64,000 bases of DNA from Mustelus asterias (Eukaryota): assembly GCF_964213995.1 (NCBI RefSeq), contig NC_135821.1, positions 51,274,001-51,338,000 of the forward strand, read 5' to 3'. The notes beneath the pieces were generated by a model that saw only the letters and a list, made by a program, of their open reading frames with translations, was not told the origin of the DNA and searched no databases. This document shows positions 36,792-49,690 of this stretch, piece by piece. The position numbers and the translations under genes were made by a program. The number at the start of each line of letters is the position of its first letter. The stretch's first letter is position 1.

Positions 36792-37148
36792 ACTCAGCAG
36801 CTAGCGCTCCCTGTAATAGCAAATGCGGAAATTGTCTCTTGCGTTACTTCCTCTTTAAAGGCTGGGCTTGCAATGGTACAGGAAATGTTTAGCAGTAGAA
36901 TTCCCTTGTTTACTTTCAAACTCCTGGTGTAACTATAAAGCACCCATCCCTAGACTTGCAATCCTTTTGACAGCGATTGTTATCGCCAGTGAATATTTGA
37001 AACGAATTATGATCGTCTGACAGAAATTAGCTTTAAAGTGGAACCGTCTTCCTCGGAGAGTGGGAAATCTTTTGAGATATTATTGTCATCCTAAATGATG
37101 CCATTTACAAGTAACACGGCGCTGTGTAAATAATTGTGTTATATGCTT
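36792..37148 (-). promoter_or_regulatory. 5'UTR/promoter region of FUCA1 copy A
   Basis: Conserved with copy B (3783-3917 plus 5250-5478); contains an ETS-type GGAAGT. Confidence 0.55.
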
Positions 37149-37254
37149 CATAAACCCCCCAAAAATAGGTTCCTCAGACACTGCTCCCTTGAAGACACTT
37201 TCCACTTAATATATCTCATTCGTGTGGGGCTTTTTGACTGGTGATTTCTACTTA

Positions 37255-37540
37255 GTTCATAAATTCATAAGATATAGGAGCAGAATTAGGCCATTCGGCC
37301 CATTGAGTCTCCTCCGCCATTCGATCATGGCTGATATGCTCCTCATCCCCATTTTCCTGCCTTCTCCCCATAACTCTTCAACCCATTACCAATTAAAAAT
37401 CTGTCTAACTCCTTGTTAAATTTACTCACTGTCCCAGCATCCACCGCACTTTGGGTAGAGAATTCCGCAGATTCACAACCCTTTGGGAGAAATAGTTTCT
37501 CCTCAACTCTGTTTAAATTTGCTACCCCTTATCCTAAAGC
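37255..37540 (-). mobile_element. CR1 3' end
   Basis: CATAAGATATAGGAGCAGAATTAGGCCATTCGGCCC tail. Confidence 0.85.
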
Positions 37541-37914
37541 TGCTGATGCTATAAAGATGCATTCACAGAAACAGAAAATCAGCGCAGGCCTTTAGAAGTG
37601 AATGAACCTTCTGTGTCAGCAGTGATGGTTAATATGTAGATTTTTCTTTATGACTTTGGGGTTTACAGCAATGTAGATGAATACAGTTCTCCCGTGAACC
37701 ATGAACTGATTGTTAGGTGCAGCAGGTTCAAGGCACTGATTGACCGACTCCTGATCCTATGTTCTGTTGCACATTAACTCCTGAATGTACGATGACAAAG
37801 AAGTGTAACTTTGCCAACAAAGTCACGATGCCAGTTTATGATTCCCACATAGTGAACACACTACTGTGGCACGCCTTAAAAGATAAGTATGTGTAGAAGC
37901 TTTCTGTATATTTG

Positions 37915-38490
37915 AACAAAGAAAATTACAGCACAGGATCAGGCCCTTTGGCCCTCCAAGCCTGCAACGACCATGTTGCCCGATTAAACTAAAACCTCCT
38001 ACTCTTCCGGGGACCATACCTCTAGAACATAGAACATAGAACATTACAGTGCAGTACAGGCCCTTCGGCCCTCGATGTTGTGCCGACCAGTGAAACCAAT
38101 CTAAAGCCCATCTAACCTACACTATTCCAATATCATCCATATGTTTATCCAATGACCATTTAAATGCCCTTAATGTTGGCGAGTCCACTACTGCTGCAGG
38201 CAGGGCATTCCATGCCCTTACTACTCTGAGTGAAGAACCTACCTCTGACATCTGTCCTATTTCTATCACCCCTCAATTTAAAGCTATGTCCCCTCGTGCT
38301 AGCTATCACCATCCGAGGAAAAAGGCTCTCACTGTCCAATCATCTTGTATGCCTCTATTAAGTCACCTCTTAACCTTCTTCTCTCTAACGAAAACAACCT
38401 CAAGTCCCTCAGTCTTTCCTCATAAGACCTTCCCACCATACCAGGCAACATCCTGGTAAATCTCCTCTGCACCCTTTCCAATGCATCCAC
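37915..38490 (-). mobile_element. Two adjacent CR1 3' ends
   Basis: (AGAACAT)n tail; DALERVQRRFTRMLPG. Confidence 0.85.
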
Positions 38491-39125
38491 ATCTGGGACT
38501 ACCACATAACTGTTCATTTGCAGGGCATGGATGTCTACCATTGCCAGCTTGTCATGGCCACGTACGGTCTGAATCCTGACCGTTTGACCAGGTGTTGGAG
38601 AGTCAGGTCTGTGGGCATTTCGATCATAGTGCGTTTTGCTTCTCATTCAGCGTCGCATAAGGGCATCATTCACGTTGGTTCCAAATTTGGGTTGCAGCAG
38701 GGCCTTAGCAGTAGAAATTGTTGTCCTGGTGCGCCTAGAAAAGAGTCATGCTGGCGAGGGCAGGTCCTGTTGTAGATTTCCCAAGCTAAGGAGTGCAGCA
38801 TAAGAGTCTGTGTGACCCCGTGTACATTTCACTAGAAGATGCTTAGCTGAGCATTTGTACTGCCCGTTCTGTCAAACCATTTGTCTGTGGATCTGGGGAC
38901 TGCTCATAATATGCTCAAAGTCTCATGTGTGCGTAAAGTTTCAAAATTCAGTGGAGATGTGTTGGCGAGCATTGGCTGTCGTGAGTCTCTGCGGGACGCC
39001 GTGTGCAGCGAAGTGTCTCTTGAGCTTGATGATGACTATTATTCATCGTGTTTGGCAGGTAGTCGAGTTCAAACCACCTGGAATATAAAGCAACTAAGAC
39101 TAGGTGTTCCATTCGAATATGTTGA

Positions 39126-40286
39126 CTAGTGAGCTTGCGCACGCCAGTGGGAGAGAGACTGCAGCTGGAGTGAGATTCAGCCTGGGTGAGATTCAGCCAG
39201 AGAGAGAGTCTCGGAAATTTGAAGCTGAGGGGGAATTTGGTGCTGAGGGGAAAGAGGTGCTCATCTTCGGGAGAAGTGGAGAGGTGGACCTGTGAGGGAG
39301 ACTTGAGGGCAAGTGAGAGGTAGAAAGAAATCGAACTATAAGTCACAGCCAGCAGGTAAGTGATTGGCTGATGACTGGTAAGTAGCTTTTTCTTTTTTTC
39401 TCTCTCTTTTTCTCTTGGCATTGTAGTTGTTGTTGTAAGATAACTTAAGGATTAAATCATGGCAGGAGATCCCAGACCCGTGTCATGCTCCTTTTGCGCG
39501 ATGTGGGAATTCAGGGACCTTTCCCGTGTCCCTGGCTCTTTCACGTGCAAGAAGTGTGTCCAACTGCAGCTCCTGTTAGACCGCTTGACAGTTCTGGAGC
39601 TACAGATTGATTCACTTTGGAGCATCCACGATGCTAAGGAAGTCGTGGATAGCACATTCAGTGAGTTGGTCACACCGCAGATAAAAATTACTGGGGGGGG
39701 ATAGGGAATGGGTGACCACCAGACAGAGGAAGAGTAGGAAGGCAGTGCAGGGGTCCCCTGCGGTTATCTCCCTCCAAAGAACACCATTTTGGAGACTGTT
39801 GGGGGAGATGGCTCACCAGGGGAAGGTGGCAGCAGCAAGGTTCATGGCACCGGGGCTGACTCTGCTGCACAGGAGGGCAGGAAAAAGAGTGGCAGAACTA
39901 TCGTGATAGGGGACTCAATTGTAAGGGGAATAGACAGGTGTTTCTGCAGACACAAACAAGACTCCAGGATGGTATATTACCTCCCTGGTGCAAGGGTCAA
40001 GGATGTCTCAGAGCGGTTGCAGGGCATTCTGGAGTGGGAGGGTGAACACCCAGCTGCCGTGGTGCATATAGGCATCAACAATATAGGTAAAAACAGGATG
40101 AGGTCCTACAAGCTAAATTTAGGGAGTTAAGAGTTAAACTAAAAAGTAGGACCTGAAAGGTAGTAATCTCAGGATTGCTACCAGTGCCACATGCTAGTCA
40201 AAGTAAGAATGTCAGGATAGCTAAGATGAATACGTGGCTTGATGGATGGTGCAACAGGGAGGGATTCAAATCCTTGGGACATTGGA
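39126..40286 (+). mobile_element. CR1 5'UTR plus ORF1 (Zn-finger, SGNH esterase), 3'-truncated
   Basis: CSFCAMWE..FTCKKC; IVIGDSIVRG; LPGARVKD; VHIG. Confidence 0.9.
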
Positions 40287-40392
40287 CAGCACCTCTATTG
40301 TCATGATGTCTCTGTCTTCCTCACGATCTGTCTGGTCTGTAGGTGGGTAGAAGGCTCTGAGGAGGGCATCCACCAAGTACAGCTCCTTACCA

Positions 40393-40712
40393 AAAGAGAG
40401 AATGCTGTTAAATCACAGCAGATCTGGCAGCATCTGTAAGGAGAGAAAAGAGCTAACGTTTCGAGTCTAGATGACCCTTTGTCAAAGCTGTCGGAGAGAA
40501 GAGCAGTACTTCTTCAGGGTAGGCATTCCTGGAAGAGAAGTGGCAGTGAGTTAAACACTGGATAAAAGCAAATTACTGCAGATGCTGTAATCTGAAACCA
40601 AAAGAGAAAATGCTGGAAAATCTCAGCAGGTCTGGCAGCATCTGTAAGGAGAGAAAAGAGCTGAAGTTTTGAGTCCAGATGACCCTTTGAAGGGTCAGCT
40701 CTTTTCTCTCCT
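40393..40712 (-). mobile_element. Penelope pseudo-LTR insertion (tandem plus inverted ends) with hammerhead motifs
   Basis: Two tandem copies of the terminal unit, a short inverted piece at ~40697-40716, and flanking TACAGCTCCTTACCA duplication. Confidence 0.85.
40451..40489 (-). ncRNA. Minimal hammerhead ribozyme motif with U3-A8 core variant
   Basis: AGCT TTGACAA A GGGTC-ATCTA-GACTC GAAACGTT AGCT. Confidence 0.65.
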
Positions 40713-42943
40713 TACAGCTCCTTACCATGTTTGTAGATGATGCTGAGATTGTACCATTGCAGCTTCAGCTACCACGCGTTGCAGCCATGGAGAGGCTTTA
40801 TCAGATAGTTATGAATGGCTGACAATCCGTGTCAACAATTGCAGGACAACCATATATAAAGTCATGAAATTTCTGACAGACGAAGACTGAGGCAAGGAGT
40901 TCCTTTTTGACCTGTGTATAACAAGTCTCAGTGTCAGTGAAGGCCCTTGAAGCAAAGGCTATCGGTCTGCCATTCTGAATCAGACTGCTCCAAGTCCATG
41001 CTGGGAGGCATCTGCTGATATAAGTACTGGTGCTCGAATGTTAAAGTATTGTAGCACTGGTAGCGCTGTGAGTGACTGATTCTGCTGAAGACCGCCGTGT
41101 GTGCGTGCTCTTGCCAGCACTATTTGATGCCCTCGTGGAAAAATTGACAAAGGAGGTCCAGTGACCTCACTATAACACGGAATGAAGTTAGAAAGATAAT
41201 TTGTCATATCAAGCAAGTGCTGTAGAGCATGCTTGTCCAATGGAATGGCCATCTGACACATAGACGTGGCCTTGTCTGGATCAGGCTTTACACCATTGGC
41301 TGTGAATAGATGACCTATTTAAGGAACCTGGTTGATCCTGAATCTGCATTTTTGCTGGGTTAAGCTTCAGCTGTTTCGTCCTGATTCTGTCAAGGATGAG
41401 GCGAATATGTGCATCATGTTCTTGCATAGTACACCTCCAAAGCAGGATGTCATCAATAATGATGTTGTAAGGTTGGCCTGCAAACAGTTGCTCCATGCAC
41501 CACCGGAATACCTCACTGCCCGTGGAGATCCCATAGGGCATGCGAAGGAAACGATATCTGCCCACTGGAGTCATGAATGTGGTCAGTTTCAAAGATTCTT
41601 CATCTAATGGAATCTGTCAGAACCCACATTTCATGTTGAGGATGCCGAACACCTTGGCATTTGGCATGACCACTATCACCTGTTTCATTGTCTTCAAAGA
41701 GTGATGAGGGCTTAGTGCCTTGTTCAAGTGCACTGGGTCAATGCAAATCCTGACTGTGTCATCTTTCTTTACTGCAGCTACTATTGCTGAAACCCAATCT
41801 GTGGCCTTACCTTTGGAGTTATGATACCTAGTGTTGTCATCCGATGCAGCTCAACTTTCTGCTTCATTGCTATTGATACTCTTCTCAGAGCACAAACTAC
41901 TGGTGGTACCAATTCATCTAGTCTCATGCGGTATAAAACTGGTAGCTTACCAATGGCATCATAATCAAAGGGGTTTTTGTATGCTAACATTTCTGGGGCC
42001 TGGTGTTGTAAAGCATGCATTTCTGGACCGAGTTAAATGAGCCCCAATGTAATGCTGTCCTGAAGATCTTGTGGAGGCCTTAGGTCTTGCAACTGCCCTG
42101 TGTGCAGTGGAGATCAGCTATACTTTGGTATGGATGGTTCGTCTGCCATAAGCCACAAGGTCCACCCTTACGTGTCTACTTCCCAGAGCATTCGGCTGGA
42201 CAATATGTCAGTTACATTTTGCTCCAGTGTCAATCTTTACCTTCAGTCTTGAGTTGCTGCAGATCATGTTGAGGGTGGTGAAGATCTCACCCTTTTCTGT
42301 GACAGTGTTGACACTGGAGGCTCTGTAGTTTTGTTGCTTTGGCTGAGCTCCAATTCATTCACCTTCCTGACACTTCTACACCTGGAGTACTGACTGGCTG
42401 CCAAGCCGCTGACGGCAGACGAAGGCTGCTGTGATTTTAATCTGCAGCATTTCGCAAAATTATTCCATTTTACACATTTGTTCCATCATTTACCACAGGC
42501 AGGACAAGCTGTTCTGTTCGGAAGGTGATGGCCACTGCAGTTGGAGCAGGGCGCTCCCTGTACTGCAAATACTTTGGTTTCCATAGAATCCCTACAGATG
42601 GAGGCCATTTGGCCCACTAAGTCTGCATCGATTCTATGAAAGAGCATCTTACCGAGGCAGCAGTGCTAACCACTGTATCACTGTGCCGTGTAAAATCTCT
42701 GCTTTTTCTCATTGCTTATTTAACATGCAGATGCTAATGGCTGTTTGTAAAGTTAAACCGTTCCCTTGCAGCAGCTGTTGGCAGACTAGATCACTCTGGA
42801 CCTCAGACTAGCTCATCAGTGAAGGTGCCAAATGCACACTTCTTTGCGAAGATTTGCAAAGTGTATAAGATCACATTGATTCATCTGCTTGTTGGTTTGT
42901 TGAATTAAACGTATGCCTGTGGAGGATTTTTTTAAAAACCAAG

Positions 42944-43655
42944 TGTGATGATACTGTGCTTATTTTTATATTTTGTGTCTGAGGTGGGGTTACCTTAAGA
43001 GACAGTGTTTTGTAACAAGAGTCAATTTGTCTGATAAACATGTAGCTCTACGCTAAGAATGCAGGCCAATAATTGATTTTAGTTAGGAATCTGTTACATT
43101 GTAGAGTTAATGGACCTTTTGTTTCTTTAGGTTCTCCTGGGGTTTCAGACTAGGTATACAGAGCCATGTGGTTAATGGGAGGAGCTAACCTTGCAGGGAA
43201 GAAATGCTGCTTCAGTTTCATTTTAAAAATACAAGCAGCCTGGATGCTGGAAGAAAACAGTGGCTCGCTCTCTCCCTCTAAAAAGACATCTGAGAGCTCC
43301 AGGGCTGGTAACCCAAGTCATAGCAAGTATGCCTTTATTTTGCTTACTAATTTTAAAGAGGTTTACATCTATAAGAGGAATATTGCTTGAATTGGAACTT
43401 ATAGCGATACGTTAGCAGTTAAGACTTATATCTTGTCATGTTTAAGTATTGTTCAATTGTTAAAGGTTAAGCTAATTCATTTGTTATAGTTAAACTGTGT
43501 TGTTAAGTTTGTTTTGATAAAAGCTTCCCATTCTGTCAGTAAAATCGTTACTGGATTGTAACAGCTTATCCTCACACTAATGCCAAAATAGAAAATTGTT
43601 GGGTTCTAGTCCGGCTTCATAACATACCTGGGGTTTCTGATCTGGCACCCTAACG
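42944..43655 (+). mobile_element. Solo LTR inserted in Gypsy gag
   Basis: TGTGATG...CCCTAACG termini; 4-bp flanks CAAG/CCAG; interrupts the gag frame. Confidence 0.7.
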
Positions 43656-44010
43656 CCAGAAGGTAAATATTCTCGAGCCATCTAGAGTTATTTCAGGTTC
43701 CAGTTTTTCCTCCTCCATCTGGAAAATAATTTGAATTTCTCGAGGGCCTGCGAAGTTTAATAAGGTGTAAGCTTGTAACTCTTTTGACTTGTCAGATAAA
43801 GCATCACCGCAGTAAATATGCCATTCCTTCTTGAATTTTTCCCAATTGTCTGCAATGTTTTCATCAAAGACGAGCGAGTCGATGTAGCAAAGGTTTTGTG
43901 CCATCCTGCCAACTCCTGACATCACGTATATGTGTTGGGTTCTCAAAACACTGACAGCAAAGGGCATGTAACAAACAATAGTTCATTCACTAGCTGAGAA
44001 GATACAAGGC

Positions 44011-47000
44011 TGAGGGGAGTGATTTGAGGCCACAGTAAAAAGGGTAAGGGATCGACTTTTATTACTTACCTTTTCGCGGGGTTTCTTTGTTACTAACTTT
44101 AAGGGAAAAGCGGAAGTAGACCGGGCGCGGGGTGACCTGGGAAGAAAATTTGTTTTTTTTTTAAGCACGCGGGAGGTTTAAAAGCAGGCCGCACTATCCA
44201 GCAGGCAGCGTCGTTAGCGGGCAGCGGAGTGAGCAGGGAGCAGAGTGAGAGCTAAAGGGCTTTGGCTCATCGGGCTTTGGCGTAAACAGGCAGAGGCAGG
44301 GTAGGTACTGTTCTTCGTTCATCCAGTAATTTAAAGAAAGGGGTAATTATGAGTGGGAGGCCAATTTTTTTCTGTCGGTGTCGGATGGGGAGTTCATGGA
44401 GTCGCCTAGCCTCCCGGAAGTCCATATCTGCGCCAGGTGCGTCGAACTGCAGCTCCTGAGAGACCGCGTTAGGGAACTGGAGCTGCGGCTCGATGACCTT
44501 AGTCTAGTCAGGGAAAATGAGAATTTAATAGATAGAAGTTACAGGCAGGTCGTCACACCAGGGCCACGGGAGGAAGACACGTGGGTCACGGTTAGGAAGG
44601 GTAAAGGTCACGTACCAGAGAGTACCCCGGTGGTTGTCCCCCTTAACAGTAAGGGATGGGTGTCAGACCGGAGAGAGGAGGGGAGAGAGCAGTCAGTGAT
44701 GGTAGAGGTTGTCCCCCTCCAAAATAAGTATACCATTTTGGATACTGTGGGGGGGGATGATCCTCCAGGGGTAAGCCACGGTGACCAGGTCACTGGCACG
44801 GAATCGGGCTCTGTGGCTCAGAAGGGAATGAGAGGAACCAGGAGAGCAATAGTAGTGGCAGATGAAATAGTTAGAGGCACAGACAGGCGGTTCTGTGGGC
44901 GTGAACGAGACTCCAGGATGGTAGTCTGCCTCCCTGGTGCCGGGGTCCTGGATGTCTCTGAGCGGGTAGGAAGCATCCTAAAAAAGGCGGGTAACCAGAC
45001 AGACGTCATTGTCCACATTGGTGCAAATGACATAGGCAGAAAGAGCAGGGAGGTCCTGCGAGAGCAATTCAGGGAGTTGGGTAGTAGGCTAAAAAGCAGG
45101 GCCTCTCGAGTAGCAATATCTGGACTACTCCCAGTGCCACAAGCTAGTGAGGCTAGGAACAGGGAAACTTCACAGCTGAACGCGTGGCTAAAGGACTGTG
45201 CAAGAGGGGGGGTTTCGAATTCGTGGATCACTGGGAAGTCTTCATGAGAAGATGGCACCTGTACAAGAAGGACAGGTTGCACCTAAACTGGAGGGGCACG
45301 AATATCCTAGCTGGGAGTTTTGCTAGTGTGGTTCGGGTGGGTTTAAACTAATGTGGCAGGAGGGTGGGGATCAGAACAATAGGTCAATAAGCATAGAGGC
45401 TGGGGACGAGGTTGGGGCCAAGACAAGGCTATCGAAGAGGAAGAGCATTCTGGGGGAGGATGACCTCAGTGGGCCTGGAGGTCTGGAGTGCATCTGCTTC
45501 AATGCAAGGAGCGTCACAGGCAAGACAGACGAGCTTAAAGCCTTAATGCTTGCGCGGAACTTGGATGTGGTTGCAGTGACGGAGACTTGGTTCAAAGGAC
45601 AGGACTGGCAGCTGAATATTCCGGGGCACAAGTGTTTTAGGCGAGACAGAGGAGGGGCGAGGAGAGGTGGGGGAGTAGCAATGCTGGTTAGAGAACATAT
45701 TACAGCGGTACAGAGGGTGGACAATATGGAAGGGTCAGGTAACGAGTCACTGTGGGTGGAGCTCAGAAACAGGAAGGGCGCAGTCACTATGCTGAGGGTA
45801 CACTACAGGCCTCCCAACAGCCCACGGGAAGTTGAGGAACGGATATGTAAGGAGATTCTGGACAGGTGCAGAAAAAATAGGGTTGTTGTCATGGGAGACT
45901 TTAATTTCCCTTGTATAGACTGGAAATTGCTTAGGGCTGGGGGCCTGGACGGGGAAGAATTTATAAAATGCATACAGGAAGGTTCTTTGGAACAATATGT
46001 TGACAGTCCAACTAGAGAGGGGGCTATACTGGACCTAGTACTGGGGAATGAGCCCGGTCAGGTCATCAAAGTTGCAGTAGGGGAACATGTGGCAAATAGT
46101 GACCACAATTCTGTAAACTTTAGGATAGTAATGGAAAAAGATGAGTGTTGTCCTATGGTGCTGAATTGGGGGAAGGCTAACTACAGCCGGATTAGGCAGG
46201 ATTTGGTGGCTGTTGATTGGGAGAGGCTGTTCGAGGGTAAATCCACATCTGGCATGTGGGAGTCTTTTAAGGAGCAGTTGATAGGACTGCAGGACAGGCA
46301 TGTGCCTGTAAAGAGGAAGGATAGGAAAGGTAGGATTTGAGAGCCAGTGAAATTGTGGGTCCAATCAAAAAGAAGAGGCATACATGAGGTCCAGGCAGCT
46401 AAAAACAGATGGAGCACTGGAGGAATACAGAGAAAGTAAAAAAAAACTCAAACAGGGACCTGGAAGGGCAAAAAGGGGTCACAAAATGTCCTTGGCAGAC
46501 AGGATTAAGGAGAATCCTAAGGCATTTTATACATACGTTAGGAACAAGAGGGTTGTTAGGGAAAGAATCGGACCTCTCGGGGACAAAGGAGGGGAATTAT
46601 GCTTAGAACCAAAGGAAGTAGGTGAGATCCTAAACGAGTACTTTGCATCAATATTCACAAAGGAGGGGGACATGTTGACTGGTATTGTCTCAGAGAGGTG
46701 TGTTGACCCGTTAGAAAAAATCTCAATTACAAGGGAGGAAGTGTTATGTTTTTTAGGAAACATTAAGACAGACAAATCCCCAGGGCCAGATGGCATCTAT
46801 CCTAGATTCCTCAGGGAGGCGAGAGATGCAATTGCTGGGTCGCTAACAGAAATCTTTGTCTCTTCACTGGACACAGGTGAGGTCCCAGAGGATTGGAGGA
46901 TAGCAAATGTGGTCCCGTTATTTAAGAAGGGTAGCAAGGATAACCCGGGTAATTATAGGCCGGTGAGCTTGACGTCCGTGGTAGGGAAGTTGTTGGAGAA

Positions 47001-48316
47001 GATTCTTAGAGATGGGATATATGCGCATTTAGAACTGAATAATCTCATTAGCGATAGACAGCATGGTTTTTTACGAGGGAGGTCATGCCTCACAAATTTG
47101 GTTGAGTTTTTTGAGGTGACAAAAACGATTGACGAGGGAAGTGCCGCGGATGTCGTCTATATGGATTTTAGTAAAGCGTTTGACAAGGTCCCTCATGGCA
47201 GGCTGGTGCAAAAGGTTAAATCTCACGGGATAAAAGGTGAGCTAGCTAGATGGGTGGAGAACTGGCTTAGCCATAGAAGACAGAGGGTAGCAGTGGAGGG
47301 GTCTTTTTCCAGTTGGAGGTCTGTGACTAGTGGTGTTCCGCAGGGCTCTGTACTGGGACCTCTGCTGTTTGTGATATATATAAATGATTTGGAGGAAAAT
47401 GTAACTGGTGTGATCAGTACGTTTTCGGACGACACGAAGATTGCTGGAGTTGCGGATAGTGATGAACATTGTCAGAGAATACAGCAGGATATAGATAGGC
47501 TGGAACATTGGGCAGAGAAATGGCAGATGGAATTTAATCCAGACAAATGCGAAGTGATGCATTTCGGTAGATCTAATGTAAGGGGGAGCTATACAATAAA
47601 TGGCAGAACCATCAGGAATATAGACACACAGAGGGACCTGGGTGTACAAGTCCACAGATCCTTAAAGTTGGCAGCACAGGTGGAGAGGGTGGTGAAGAAG
47701 GCATATGGCATGCTTGCCTTTATTGGATGGGGCATAGAATATAAAAGTTGGCATATGATGTTGCAGCTGTATAGAACGATGGTTAGGCCACACTTGGAAT
47801 ACTGCATCCAGTTCTGGTCGCCACACTACCAGAAGGACGTGGAGGCTTTGGAGAGAGTACAGAGAAGGTTTATCAGGATGTTGCCTGGTATGGAGGGTCT
47901 TAGCCATGAGGTGGGATTGGGTAAACTGGGGTTGTTCTCCCTGGAAAGACGGAGGATGAGGGGCGACCTAATAGAGATGTATAAAATTCTGAAGGGCATA
48001 GATAGGGTGAACAGTGGGAAGCTTTTTCCCAGTCGGAGGTGACGAACACAATGGGTCACGGGTTCAAGGTGAGGGGGGCAAGGTTCAACACAGATGTCAG
48101 GGGGATGTATTTTACACAGAGGGTGGTGTAGGCCTGGAATGCACTGCCAAGCAAGGTGATTGAGGCGGACACGCTGGGATCGTTTAAGACTTATCTAGAT
48201 AGCCACATGAACAGACTGGGAATAGAGGGATACAAAAGAATGGTCTAATGGGCACTTGAGCGGCGCAGGCTTGGAGGGCCGAAGGGCCCGTTCCTGTGCT
48301 GTATTGTTCTTTGTTC
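44011..48316 (+). mobile_element. Near-full-length CR1 LINE (5'UTR, ORF1 esterase, ORF2 APE-RT), inactivated
   Basis: ORF1 ~44350-45350; APE CFNARS, VAVTETW, GDFN, SDH; RT PQGSVLGPLLF, FSDD; stop at 46338-46340 and frameshifts; TTCTTTGTTC tail. Confidence 0.96.
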
Positions 48317-48974
48317 ATGCTTGTATCTGCCTGCACTCCCAGGGATAACACCCGTGCTCCCTACATGTTACTCTTTGGTAGCCTAGATTATATCAAGTCG
48401 TTGAGTGATGGGGGGTTTAAATTTACAACATTCTGAAAGGATGTTAGTCAAGTACACGTATTTCTTCAGCACTCCTGCTTCCACCCCATCCCTATTAGCA
48501 TTATCACTTGATTGTTGGCCTGCTGAGGAGAATTGTCACAATCTAATGTAGTCCAGCCACATTAATAGTTCATTTTTACTATTTCAACTTGGAGATTATG
48601 GAGGTTTGTTTACAAGTCCTAGCAAACTTATTTTGGGATGGACACATCAAATTGGGTCAATGGGAGAGGAACTCACAATATTAGGTGCAAATTAACTGAT
48701 GATTCATGGTTGACTGGATAATTACGTAAAAGCCAGAGGAGGAAATATTAGAAAGAGGAATCAAAGTTGAAGAGTTGAGTTTAATAAGGATCTTAAAGGA
48801 GGTGAGAGATTTAAAGAGGGAGGGAAATGGAGGCAGAGAGATTTGGGAGGAAATTCCAAAGCACAAGATCTCTGTTACTAAAGTTGCATGCGCAGGGGAT
48901 GAACAAGAGGCCTCAGTTAGAGGAGCAGAATTCCCTGGGGGAAGGTGTGGAGAAAGTTAGTAAAGAATAGAAAA

Positions 48975-49690
48975 GCAGCATGTTATTTAGATGGAGAGAG
49001 ATACTGTAGACCTCTGCGTGTCTTGGTACACAAATCACAAAAAAAATATGCAGGTACAGTAAGTGATTAGGAAGTCAAATTGAATGTTGTCATTTATTGC
49101 AACGGGAATGGAATAAAGATGTAGGAATGTTTTGCTACAGTTGTACAGGGCATTGGTGAGGCCACATCTAGAGTACTGTGTCCAGTTTTGGTCTCCTCAT
49201 TTAAGAAAAAAGACATAATTGCATTATAAGTAGTTCAGAGAATGTTCACTCAATCAATTTCTGGGATATGGAGGTTATGAGGAAAGATTGGACAGGCTGG
49301 GCCTGCATCCATTGAAATTGAGAAGGTTGAGATCTTAATGAAATATATAAGATCTTGAGGGGACTTGACAGAGTCGATGCTGAAAGGACATTTGCCCTGG
49401 TGGGAGTGATCAGGGTACACTTTAAAAGTAAGGGATCTCCCATTTAAGACTGAGATGAGGAGAAATGTTTTTCTGTCAGAAGGTCATGAGTCTGTGGAAC
49501 ACTCTTCCCTAGAGAATGGTATGATCACTGAATATTTTTAAGGCAGAGATAGATTGATTCTTGGCTAACAATGGGGTCTAAGGGTATCGGGGTAGGGCGG
49601 AAGTGACATTGAATCCACAATCAGATCAGCCTTTTCTTTGTTGAATGGTGGAGCAAGCTCAATGAGCCAAATGGCCTACTCCTGCTCCCA
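48975..49690 (+). mobile_element. Old CR1 3' fragment
   Basis: [19 protein letters not shown] remnant and tail. Confidence 0.85.

Larger units (their letters stand above)
38491..44010 (-). mobile_element. Decayed Gypsy LTR retrotransposon (gag-pol); 5'LTR continues at 48317-48430
   Basis: PBS-like TGATGTCAGGAGTT (43911-43924); gag MAQNL..ENIADNWEKFKK; RT TFMTPVGRYRFLRMPYG, IIDDILL; RNase H ADASQHGLGAV; integrase remnants at 38500-39120. Confidence 0.9.

Noticed and set aside
46384-48042. 552-aa RT ORF as an active retrotransposon or domesticated gene
   Set aside because: It is separated from the endonuclease by a stop and indels, ORF1 is frameshifted and the C-terminus is truncated.
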